From: Marsupella aquatica | Lineage: Eukaryota > Plantae > Marchantiophyta | NCBI GenBank assembly: GCA_973895155.1 | Contig: OZ316892.1 | Span: forward strand, 31,055,802 to 31,119,801 | Direction of reading: 5' to 3' | Length of the DNA stretch: 64,000 nucleotides | In this document: positions 1-9,591 of the stretch, piece by piece | How the letters are laid out: the number at the start of each line of letters is the position of its first letter | Numbering within the stretch: position 1 is the first letter of the stretch | Position numbers and translations under genes: made by a program | The notes under the pieces: generated by a model | Database searches by the model: none | Seen by the model: only the letters and a program-made list of their open reading frames with translations | What the model was told of the DNA's origin: nothing

Positions 1-4
1 TGGC

Positions 5-2146
5 TTGGTAATTTTTGGAAGTGATGCATATGCTCTCACACCAAAGCAGAATAGGACCAAGTTGGATCCTACCTCCAGGAAATGTGTTTTTCTTGGGTAC
101 CAGAGTGGTGTGAAAGCCTATAGGCTATGGGATCCTATTGCCTGTAAGCTCGTTGTCAGTAGGGATGTTTCCTTCAATGAATCCAGATTATTGAAGGAGG
201 GGGAGAATACTCAGGTCTCCCGTACTGACAAAGGAAAATCTCCTATCCCGGATCTCGTTGAGGGGGAGATTGGTTATGAGATGCATGACCGGAGAGAAGG
301 AGTTGCTCCAATTATGGAGCTGGTTCCTATGCCAGAGGAACCAGAGGAGTTTGTTGATGCTGGTGAGCAACAAGTGGATGCTGTTGAGCTTCAAATTGTA
401 CCAGCACACGCAGATCAACCGGAGTCATCGACTAGAAGAACATCTGGTCGCACTGTACACGCTCCATCAAGGTATGGACAGTGGGTTGATTCATCTCAAC
501 TGCAAGAGGATGATTTTACAGCTGATGATGAGGGTGATGCGTTAATTTTGGAAGAAGGAGAACCTTCTTCATTTCATGAGGCAAGTGCTTCAAAAGAGAA
601 GCAGAAGTGGACTGCAGCAATGCAAACGGAGATGCAGTCACTAAAGGACAACAAAACTTGGGAGCTTGTTAAGCTGCCTAAGGGTCAGCAAGTGGTGGAC
701 AGCAAGTGGATTTACAAGCTGAAGGATAATTCCATAGGAGGTGGATCGAAGGTCTACAAGGCTAGATTGGTAGCAAAGGGATTCACACAAGAGAAAGGTG
801 TGGATTACAATGAGGTCTTCTCACCAGTTGCTAAGTACTCTACAATACGACTATTGTGTGTACTTGTTGTAATGTTTGGTCTACTCCTAGATCAGATGGA
901 TGTTGTCACAGCTTTCCTCTATGGCACATTGGAAGAGGTGATCTTCATGAGACAACCGCTAGGTTTTGTGAAGAGAGGACAGGAGGAATTGGTTTGCAGA
1001 TTGCTGAAATCCTTGTATGGGTTGAAGCAGTCACCAAGACAGTGGAACAAGCGGTTTGACGATTGGATTCGGTCACAAGGTTTTCACAGAAGTGTATTTG
1101 ACCCTTGTGTGTATTTGAAACCGGTGAAGAATGTTGTCTTTGGGTTCATTGTTTTAGTACTTTATGTGGATGACATGCTAATTGCAGCCAAGGATAGGTC
1201 TGAGATTGTTAAGCTCAAGGCACTGCTTAGTGCAGAGTTTAAGATGAAGGACTTAGGGCCAGCTAAGAGGATTTTGGGTATGGAGATCACTAGGGACTTG
1301 GAGGCTGGCAAGCTATGGTTGACGCAGAGCAGTTATGCGAGGAAGGTAATTGCAAGGTTCAACATGGAGAATAGCAAGCCAGTAAGTACCCCGTTGGCTC
1401 CACACTTCAAGTTATCATCAGCGTTCTGTCCTACGGATGACACAGAGAAGGGGTTGATGTCAAAGGTTCCATATGACAAGGCAGTGGGGAGTCTCATGTA
1501 TTTGATGACTTGCACTAGACCTGATCTTGCCATGGCTATGGGCAAGGTGAGCAGGTACATGTCGAATCCAGGGAAGGTACACTGGGAAGCAGTGAAGTGG
1601 ATTATCAGGTACTTGAAGGGTACCGTGGATCATGGTCTTTTATTTGATGCGAATGCAAAGAATGCTAGATCATTGATTGGCTATGTAGATTCTGACTATG
1701 GACAAGATTTGGACCGAAGGAGATCAACAACAGGATACGTGTTCACACTTGGCGGTGGATGCATAAGTTGGAGGTCTACTTTGCAGAAGTGTATTGCTCA
1801 GTCTACTACAGAAGCGGAGTATGTTGCAGCTGCGGAAGCAGCAAAGGAAGCGATTTGGTTGGATAGACTTATCACTGAAATGGGATTGCCACAGGGGAAT
1901 GTGAAGCTCCATTGTGATAGTCAAAGTGCGCTCCACCTTGCTGTGAACCAGGTGATGGACAGTAGAGTGAAGCACATTGACGTCAGGTACCATTTTATCA
2001 GGCAGGCTGTGTCTGATAATTTGTTTGAGCTAGTCAAGATTGATGGTAAACTCAACCCGGCTGACGCATTTACCAAAGTGATTCCTTTGGAGAGTTTCTC
2101 TAGACACCGTGACGTATTGCAGGTTTTGCAATTGCATCACAAGTAG
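5..2146 (+). CDS. pol: copia pol polyprotein, partial (integrase C-terminus, reverse transcriptase, RNase H)
   Basis: CVFLGY..VKAYRLWD, YKARLVAKGF, QMDVVTAFLYG, LYGLKQSPRQW, LYVDDML, YVDSD, KHIDVRYHF, NPADAFTK; uninterrupted 713 codons. Confidence 0.97.
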   Translation: MVIFGSDAYALTPKQNRTKLDPTSRKCVFLGYQSGVKAYRLWDPIACKLVVSRDVSFNESRLLKEGENTQVSRTDKGKSPIPDLVEGEIGYEMHDRREGVAPIMELVPMPEEPEEFVDAGEQQVDAVELQIVPAHADQPESSTRRTSGRTVHAPSRYGQWVDSSQLQEDDFTADDEGDALILEEGEPSSFHEASASKEKQKWTAAMQTEMQSLKDNKTWELVKLPKGQQVVDSKWIYKLKDNSIGGGSKVYKARLVAKGFTQEKGVDYNEVFSPVAKYSTIRLLCVLVVMFGLLLDQMDVVTAFLYGTLEEVIFMRQPLGFVKRGQEELVCRLLKSLYGLKQSPRQWNKRFDDWIRSQGFHRSVFDPCVYLKPVKNVVFGFIVLVLYVDDMLIAAKDRSEIVKLKALLSAEFKMKDLGPAKRILGMEITRDLEAGKLWLTQSSYARKVIARFNMENSKPVSTPLAPHFKLSSAFCPTDDTEKGLMSKVPYDKAVGSLMYLMTCTRPDLAMAMGKVSRYMSNPGKVHWEAVKWIIRYLKGTVDHGLLFDANAKNARSLIGYVDSDYGQDLDRRRSTTGYVFTLGGGCISWRSTLQKCIAQSTTEAEYVAAAEAAKEAIWLDRLITEMGLPQGNVKLHCDSQSALHLAVNQVMDSRVKHIDVRYHFIRQAVSDNLFELVKIDGKLNPADAFTKVIPLESFSRHRDVLQVLQLHHK

Positions 2147-2337
2147 AGTTTTCTTAAACATTCATTGTAATTACTGATATATGCTCTTCCTCATTCCTAT
2201 GTATTAGGCTACGGCTTAGTTCTGGTTTGCTCTAGTTAGAGAGGGAAACCGGTTTGGTTTCTGTCCAGAACTTCCCGCTGAGGGATCATATACATTGGCA
2301 GTATTACTCTCCCCTAGACCAGAGTCAAGGGGAAGAT

Positions 2338-2812
2338 TGTTGGGTATTTACTCTTACGTCTAGGTTAGGTATGACGTGGTTGGTACAACAACGTGGGTTG
2401 GTACAACTACGTGGTTAGGTACAACTATGTGATTAGGTACAACTATGTGGTTAGGTACAACTACGTGATTAGGTACAACTATGTGGTTAGGTACAACTAC
2501 GTGATTAGGTACAACTATGTGGTTAGGTACAACTATGTGGTTAGGTACAACTAAGTTGCACACTATATCATAAGAGGCATGTGTGCTTGGAGAGGTAGAA
2601 CCAAGGCTCATTGTTATGGAGCCACTTGAGAGATAGGGAGAGCTTACACTGTGGAGACTCGGTATAGCCGACGGGCTTAGAGTTCAGTAAAGTTCTCTTG
2701 TGTGTTCCCGTGGACGTAGCCTCAAGGAGGTGAACCACGTATCTCTTGTGTCGACTATTGTGCGTTGGATGGTTCATGGGCTTGCCGTTGCGATCGTCGT
2801 CTATGCTCAACA
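2338..2812 (+). repeat. copia 3' LTR (475 bp)
   Basis: Starts TGTTG just after the PPT and ends CAACA (terminal inverted repeat); right boundary fixed by comparison with intact gypsy LTR (GTTC-ACAGC-AACATCC near 30702-30717). Confidence 0.9.
2375..2553. repeat. 18-bp tandem array (GTGGTTAGGTACAACTAT, about 10 units) in the copia U3
   Basis: Directly visible near-perfect head-to-tail units. Confidence 0.95.
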
Positions 2813-4515
2813 ACAGCAACATCCTCCATCCCAAGCATGCGGTGTACCTGAAGACTCAGGGATTTGAGCACCTCGCCTCTCTCCCCTGGAACACTTGCAG
2901 GTACTACGGGGAGGACATGACAGAATTCGTCAAGAATTATGACGACGTACGTCAACAGACTCGGCTGCGGGGAAGGAATATGTCCCTCACAGAAGAACGG
3001 CTCAAGATGATCTTCGGGTTACCCGAAGGTGACCATCGAGTCGAATCACGGGCTCCCGGGGGCAAGGGGGCCAAGTACCAATCTTCAAGTTTTCCCTCAG
3101 AGGGATCAGTAGACAACGGGTTCGTGATGAGGACCTGCCTCATGCCCGAGATAGCTGAGCGGCTGGAGTTCCAGAGGTACGCTCTCCACTTGATGGAACC
3201 CCGGGGGGAGATCTCCGCCGCCCAGGTCATCCAGGTCGAGAACTATCGACCTAGGAAGTGGGCGTCGTACTTCGCTAAGAAATTCCATGAAGAGATGGAG
3301 CGGCGAAGGAAGACGCTGTACATTGGCGGGAAGGCGTATTTCGCTAGCCACATCGAAATCATTCTTGAGTGGTATGCCCGGTTTGATCGACGAACCCTTC
3401 CCCGCCTCAACGTTACAAAGCTGGTCCCAGCTAGGTGGGTTTTTCCGGCATTGGAGAGACGGCCCCAACCCGAGGCCCGAAGTCCAGTGGACACGCCAGC
3501 TTCACCCACCCCACCTCCACAAATAGCTGTAATCGTAACCGAGGAGGCGCCGGAGGGGTCGGTCGTCGCAACCGTTGGTGCGACCCAACTAGCCGGGCTA
3601 AGTACAGAAGTTGGTACGGCAGAGGTCTTACCCGAACCCGGGCCTCCCAAGGACCCGCCGGTGGCAATTCCGGAGAACCGGACATCGCTGCAGGAGGATA
3701 CTCCGGCCCCTTCCAACGTTATGTCCCCAGGGCTGGACGTCACTGCCCCGGCCCCTGCGCGTGTTGATGTCTGCCCGTGCCCAAATCCGGACAGGCACAA
3801 CTTGGACCACCCGGAACTCTTCGTACAGGGTACGTTTCTGAACGGGCTTCTGGGAGATTTCTCTCATCAAATTGCCCGGGATACCGGGGAGTTCACGGCT
3901 CGGAAGGTAGCCTGTTTCTTCAATCAGGAGTTGGTTGCCGCCGTAAAGGCAGGGCGGGCCCAGTCGGAGGCCCTTCAGAGGATAGAGCGGTACCGGGAGG
4001 AGTCCGTGTACCTAAAGAACGAAGTGGCGGCTCAAGAGGCTGAGCTTCTGCAACTACGACCCAAGGTTGCAGCCGCCGATGAGTTGTTAGCAAAGGCGTA
4101 CGCTCTTACCGCCCTAGCCGAACAGGCCAAAGCTGGGAACGAGGCCGAGATTACACGACTCCGGAACCAGATTGACAGTTTGAAGAAACAAGCTGTCACC
4201 TGGCAGAAAGACCTGGAGGAGGCCGAGGAGCAAGCCCAGCGGGACGCGACGGAGATAGCCACGCTGCAGGCCGAGATGGCGCGGCTCCAAACCGAGGCCG
4301 AGAAGTAGGACCAGCTGGCGAGTAAACTGGCGAGCGACGCCCAGCAGCTGGAGGAGGCATGTCAAGAGGCAGCAGAGGAGACGGACGCGGCGAGGCGAGA
4401 GAACGAATCTCTGCTGGACCAGGTCCAGCTCCTCAAAGCAGACAATGACAGGCTTCGAAGGCAGCAGGATGGCCGTTCCCATTCGGGCGGCTCTGGCAAG
4501 CGTGCCATGCATTAG
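2813..4515 (+). pseudogene. disrupted copy of the family-A LTR-encoded ORF
   Basis: Same protein as 39869-42529 from SNILHPKH onward; N-terminus displaced by copia; CAG>TAG nonsense at 4306-4308; natural stop at 4513-4515. Confidence 0.9.
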
Positions 4516-5414
4516 CGGCGGAGTAGGAATAGATTAGGATTAGGATTGGCTTAGTCAGGCTCTTGGGACAGGCACCTGCCTTAGGTACGGCAGCGCTGCC
4601 CTGCTGTCCAGCCTGCGTAGATTAGGATCTTCTAATAAGACACAGCCGTTTTCCGGCCTGACTGTCAGCTTAGTTAGGACCTTGGTCAGCGAATCTTCGG
4701 CGGGAGGACGCCCCGTTCCTCGGCTCTTAGTATTTAGTGCACCCCTCGGTAGAGGCAGGGGGGGTTTTTAGTTTCAGAGTCGGACATCCGCGGGACATGC
4801 GGGGAGTCCCGACCTCTAGGAATGACAGAGTACCAAGGGGAGGGGGTAGGACTAAGCTTGCCGGGCGAGTGCGGAGCCGGGCTCCGTTGTAGTGTGCACC
4901 CTTGGCCTTGAACCTGTGCATTCCAGGGCTGTCGTGTCAACTAAGTGTACGCATATGTTCCCTTTGTAGTAAAAATCCTTTCCCATCATTTTTCCTTCGT
5001 GTAAATCGAGATTGTATGCATGTGTGCGCATATGTGTGGGGGTTTCTCGTATATGGGTGGCAGCGCCGGGCCGAACGCACTACCCGAGACGTGCACAGGG
5101 TGCAGCCTGCGGGTAAGTGGTTGCGAGCACGGGTTGAGGACCTGTATCATCGAATCCGGATCGAAGGCGGACAGCACGAAGGCTTAGAAGCCCTTAAGCC
5201 GGGGTCGATCCTACTATCGACTAAGGTACGTTCCGGCGGCGGAACACAAACCATACCTAGGAGGTGTCCGTATTTAGCAATATGCGCACTTAGCGCTAGT
5301 TTACGAGAATAAGGTGCATTACGTGCTTCCCTTCCTGCCCGAACCCTCAGATTTACGAGGGATGTGCCCGTCTAAGCTGAAGTCTGAGTTAAGGCCGAAG
5401 CCTACGACGTGACA
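2813..5414 (+). mobile_element. gypsy family-A LTR, 3' portion (3' LTR or solo LTR), split by the copia insertion
   Basis: Near-identical to 30706-33310 and 40827-43429; ends CGTGACA; followed by ATCAA rather than the PBS. Confidence 0.95.
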
Positions 5415-8400
5415 ATCAACCTAAGGAGGGTATGAGCAACGTCAATCAAGCGGCACATTTTTGGGGATGCCTGTTCGAACGGGCAACTGAGTACATCAAG
5501 ACTTACGAGGACGAGGAGTCAGAAAGGGCAGCTCGAGAACGGCAGGAGCTCGCTCGATTGTGGGAGCTGCAGAAGACGGCTTTCTTAGGAGGCGAACTCA
5601 TCAAGGACGAGTTCCTGTGGACGCCTACTTCCAATCAACTCGACGATCTTCTGTTTTGCAAAGACAGCGTCGTCGGCATCCGAGAGGCCATCAAGAACTG
5701 CAACGACATACACTGGGAATTAAAGGGTAGCACGGAAAGGTGGACCCAGGCAACGGTGCTAGGAGAAACCTCCACGGCAGCAGAGATGAAGAGGAAGGGA
5801 GCCGTCAACGATGAAGCCACCCCGGCAAAAAGAACGAGGTCGACGGCACCAAAGAAGCCAGCCAAGCAGCAGAGCAGGAGGCAGGGAGAAGCCGAAGAGG
5901 AGGAGGTCGATCCCATCAAGGCCATTCCAACCAGGGATGACACCTGGAAGGGCTGGGCGGCAACCCTACCGGTGGAGGTGCAACTACATTTTGCACGGGA
6001 GGAGGATGCATGCTTTACGGCCATGCAGACCAAGAAGTACCAAGGCTTCATGGCCGGATCCGGCTTGGAGGCCTTTGTAAGATTACCATGGCTGAAGCCG
6101 GAGGTACCGGAGTCAGACCTATTAGAATTCGTGGGGTCATGGGAACCCGAGACCAATTGCACGAGGATATATGGGAAGGATTTCTATCTTACTCCCAAGG
6201 TGATTGCCGAAGTGTTTGGCTTGCCGATGGGCAATAAGACCAAAGTTGATACCAGGAAGACCTTGCCTGACAAGGAGTTCCGGTCGTTCCCCGGGCCATC
6301 AACGAAGAATGGCTTCTTCCGGAACACCTGCACCAACCCGCACATAGGAGAGATGATCGACTTCTTGCGGGTGACCATGCATTGTAACTTGCCGAGGGCA
6401 GAGATCGGCAAGGCACAGGTCTATCTGGCAGAAAGGCCAGACCCAAGCCGGGACTACAACGGGTACCTCCTCAACCAATTGAAGAAGATCTTAAAGGAGG
6501 AGCAGCAGGTAATCGGCATGGGGAGCGTGTCGCGGCTTGGCTATCACATGCCGCTGTTGTGCCGGTATGCCAGAGGTCAGACTTTTGCCCCGGTACTTCC
6601 CCTGCAGGTAAGGGCACCCGAGGAAGCTCCAACGCCGAGGCCGTTGGCTGAGAAGCCTCAACCACCTGTTAGTCCTACGATCGAGCAGGTGTTTAGGCCC
6701 AGGAAGGAAGACTTGCCGATGCAGCAACCAGGCATGCAGAGTCTGCTGAAACTACTGGAGAAAGAAAAGAAATCGGCATCGGCAACAACAACGGCAACGG
6801 CAACAATGCAGGACACTACTACAGAGGTAGGCCTACACCGGCTCACAAGAGAAAACCCCTTTGCTGGAGACAAGGAGAGAATCAGGCCGGAATCCAAGCC
6901 AGGTGTTCGAATGTACGTGGGAACCTCAAGCTCCAAATCTGAGGCAGAATTGCCTGAAGCTCCTACCGAGGAAGAGGAGAGGGAGAAGCCGGAAATCCAA
7001 GAGGTAGAGGAGGCAGTGGAGGACTGCAGCCATGATAATTCCGGCTATGGGTCGGACCATCACGTTCCAGGAGTAAGGACCTGTGGCCGGTTTGTCCCCA
7101 CACTTCCAAGGGTAGTGCGAGGGGACCCCAACCAACAGAGTAGCCCTGAGTCTCCCCCACCAGATGTTGCTCCCCCGAGCTTCGACGGCATAAAACAAAC
7201 GGTGCAGGAATTTCAGGAGCGAATCAAGCAGGAGGAAGAGGCCGCCCTGGCTAAGGAAAAGGATTTACCAGGAGGAGATTGGCCGGAGGACATCAGGCGG
7301 CTAGCCGAAAAAGGAAGCAAACCTCTAGCCACGATTGAAGAGATCCGCAGGACGGCTTGGGAGCAGAGGCCACGATGGGCGATGCCGATCACTTCTACTT
7401 ACTCCACCTACGCTAAGAATAGAGCCATGGAGTATGGTGAGATGTGTGGGGAACTTGCGCTCGGCATCTTTGGAGAGGAGTTGGAGGTAGGACCCTTTTT
7501 CCATAGGGAACAGTTGGAGAAGCACCAATTAGAAGAAGCGGTGGCTTTAGAGAGAAGCAAGAAGGACGAGGTCATTCGGCGGCTTAGGAGGATGGGAGCC
7601 GAGATTGAAGATCTAAGGGCGGCCAAGAAAGCCCAAGATGAACTGCGGATTAAACGACATGAGCTGAACATCATGCAGGGGCAGTTGGACGCCGCGCAGG
7701 CTGATAATCAGAATATCAAGGATAAACTGACTCAGACACAGGAAGAGTTGGCCGACACGATCAAAGAAAGGGAAAAGTGGAAGCAAGAGCTGAAGAATAC
7801 AGAGGAGGCCCACATAACAGCCAACAGCCGGGCCATGGCGGAGACCCAAAGAAAGGAATGGGCGTTGAAAGGGGAGCTCGAGAAAATCCGCGGAGCCCTT
7901 GAGCAGAAGGAGGTCAAGTTAGGGAAATCCTATCAAGGGATTATGGCGCTGCAGCAGGAGCTTGCGTCCCTGACGGCCAGCTTCAAGGCCGACCTAAGGG
8001 AGAAGGACGAGATGCTCGAACAGACTTACGCCAAGATGAACCAGATGGAGTCTGTCATCATTGCAGAGCTCGACAAGGAGCTAAGAGCAACCCAGGAGGA
8101 GAAGGCTACCTTGAAGAAGGAATTGGAGGAAGCCCACAGGGAGCAGGAGGAGGCCAAAAACGAGCTGGAGGGGGCACGTAAGGACCTGGATGAAACCCAA
8201 GAGGAGTTGGAGGAAATCACGAGGAAGATGGAGAACCTACAGCGGCGGGCCGACAACCAAACAGAGCGGCTGAAGAAACAAGCCGCAGTATTTAAATGCT
8301 TAGCTGCAGCGGGTCCATCTCCTGTTGGGACAAACCAGTTACCAGGGGTGGTAATTGCCGAAGGACAAGCCGCGCCACCTGCACCAGTGCCGGAGGTAAG

Positions 8401-9517
8401 TGGGAAGGGGAAGGGACCAGCTGCCGAGCCACCAACGAAGAAGAAGCGGAAACCTTCAGGGTCAAGGAGTAATACGACTTCACAGGCCGTGGTGATCAAG
8501 GAGGTAGACCCAGCACCGACCCCAGACATGGTCACGGCTAGGGATCCAACTACCCTAAGGGAAGGGGAAGCCGAAGCCGTGAGAGTGGCTGAGGCCGAAG
8601 CCGTGGGTATTGCCGAGGCCGGTGTCGAGGCTGAAGCCGAAGGTGGACCCAGTCAGGCCGAGGGAGAGTTGACTCGGTCAAGGGCAGGTAATCTGTCAGT
8701 AGGCGGGCCAACGGCAGTGGCTGAGGAGGAAGTGTTGGGGGCGTCCATTGAGGATCCACCACCGGTGTCGTGACGGTGCAAGGGCGCCGTTCCTTTTAGG
8801 GAGGGCGGACGTGGAGGGAGGAGGCGTGAGTGGGCAGGGCGGGCACGGATCTCCACGTTTAGGATTAGGATCAGAACCAGGAGCGGCCCTGACACTTAGC
8901 TTAGTGGGATTGCGGTCCCACTGGTAGGAGCAACACTTGTGCTCCTGCCTTGCTGTACATAGGTAGATTCGGGCAAGTAGATTACTGTTAAGTAGATTAG
9001 GCTTACGATGCAAAGAATGGCGGATCCACTACCAGGATAAGTACCTGGGCAGCGGGGAGCTCAGGGCCTCTTCTTTAGCAAGTTTTTAGTTTGCACCAGC
9101 CGGGCTGGGATCAAGTAGTACGAGAAGCTCTCGGTTAGTCATACAGTGACCCTTGTGTATATTCATGTTTCCTCATGCCTAAGAGCTGAATAGAGTTGGC
9201 CTCACGGCTTAGTTCGCAGAACTTGTGTATGAGATGTACTGTTTGTATGGCAAGTGCATGGTATGACTCAGTCAGAATGAGTCATTTTGCTATTTGTGTG
9301 TCGCATTAACTTGTGTGAAGAGTGCCCACATCAACAGAAGGAAGGAAAGTAAGCAGGGGAGTGAGAGTTGGATGTGTCGAGCTGAGAGAGGTCTTAGCGG
9401 CTTAACCAAGCCTATTGGGGATCATTCCGGCGGCGGAATCCAAACATACCTAACAAGACGGAGGGGAAGACAGGGGAAGACAGGGGAAGGCCTATATTAG
9501 GCCGACTACGTATCTCA
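5415..9517 (+). mobile_element. probable LTR (3' part) of a diverged sister gypsy family B
   Basis: Carries a homologous ORF; shares post-stop TTAGGATTAGGAT, hairpin TTCCGGCGGCGGAA followed by CAAAC(C)ATACCTA, and a similar end (AGGCCGACTACGTATCTCA vs AGGCCGAAGCCTACGACGTGACA); no second LTR or gag-pol in the window. Confidence 0.65.
5432..8773 (+). CDS. 1113-aa PMD/Transposase_32-like domain plus long coiled-coil protein (family-B LTR ORF)
   Basis: Intact long ORF; GLEAFVRLPW..LLEFVGSW..TRIYGKDFYLTPKVIAEVFGLPMG..KNGF aligns by eye with family-A GFEHLASLPW..MTEFVKNY..TRLRGRNMSLTEERLKMIFGLPEG..DNGF; E/K/Q-rich heptad region about 7500-8280. Confidence 0.85.
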   Translation: MSNVNQAAHFWGCLFERATEYIKTYEDEESERAARERQELARLWELQKTAFLGGELIKDEFLWTPTSNQLDDLLFCKDSVVGIREAIKNCNDIHWELKGSTERWTQATVLGETSTAAEMKRKGAVNDEATPAKRTRSTAPKKPAKQQSRRQGEAEEEEVDPIKAIPTRDDTWKGWAATLPVEVQLHFAREEDACFTAMQTKKYQGFMAGSGLEAFVRLPWLKPEVPESDLLEFVGSWEPETNCTRIYGKDFYLTPKVIAEVFGLPMGNKTKVDTRKTLPDKEFRSFPGPSTKNGFFRNTCTNPHIGEMIDFLRVTMHCNLPRAEIGKAQVYLAERPDPSRDYNGYLLNQLKKILKEEQQVIGMGSVSRLGYHMPLLCRYARGQTFAPVLPLQVRAPEEAPTPRPLAEKPQPPVSPTIEQVFRPRKEDLPMQQPGMQSLLKLLEKEKKSASATTTATATMQDTTTEVGLHRLTRENPFAGDKERIRPESKPGVRMYVGTSSSKSEAELPEAPTEEEEREKPEIQEVEEAVEDCSHDNSGYGSDHHVPGVRTCGRFVPTLPRVVRGDPNQQSSPESPPPDVAPPSFDGIKQTVQEFQERIKQEEEAALAKEKDLPGGDWPEDIRRLAEKGSKPLATIEEIRRTAWEQRPRWAMPITSTYSTYAKNRAMEYGEMCGELALGIFGEELEVGPFFHREQLEKHQLEEAVALERSKKDEVIRRLRRMGAEIEDLRAAKKAQDELRIKRHELNIMQGQLDAAQADNQNIKDKLTQTQEELADTIKEREKWKQELKNTEEAHITANSRAMAETQRKEWALKGELEKIRGALEQKEVKLGKSYQGIMALQQELASLTASFKADLREKDEMLEQTYAKMNQMESVIIAELDKELRATQEEKATLKKELEEAHREQEEAKNELEGARKDLDETQEELEEITRKMENLQRRADNQTERLKKQAAVFKCLAAAGPSPVGTNQLPGVVIAEGQAAPPAPVPEVSGKGKGPAAEPPTKKKRKPSGSRSNTTSQAVVIKEVDPAPTPDMVTARDPTTLREGEAEAVRVAEAEAVGIAEAGVEAEAEGGPSQAEGELTRSRAGNLSVGGPTAVAEEEVLGASIEDPPPVS

Positions 9518-9591
9518 TGACCCGATGAAGGATCTGTCCAGTATATGTGTGTAAAATGTTAATAGTAGTAGTAGAAGGTTAGCAGCGTCCC

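Larger units (their letters stand above)
1..2812 (+). mobile_element. Ty1/copia LTR retrotransposon (TNT1-like), 3' part; 5' end lies outside the window
   Basis: INT-tail, RT, RNaseH order in ORF 5-2146; polypurine tract AAGGGGAAGA at 2327-2336; LTR TGTTG...CAACA at 2338-2812; followed by ACAGC, where the interrupted gypsy LTR sequence resumes. Confidence 0.95.

Noticed and set aside
2360-2611. (VVPNH)n repeat protein or CRISPR-like array
   Set aside because: Antisense translation of an 18-bp head-to-tail LTR repeat; no unique spacers and no cas genes
2746-4308. 520-aa ORF as an independent gene
   Set aside because: Its first ~22 codons come from the copia LTR and the rest is the broken family-A LTR gene; the fusion is an insertion-junction product with a premature stop
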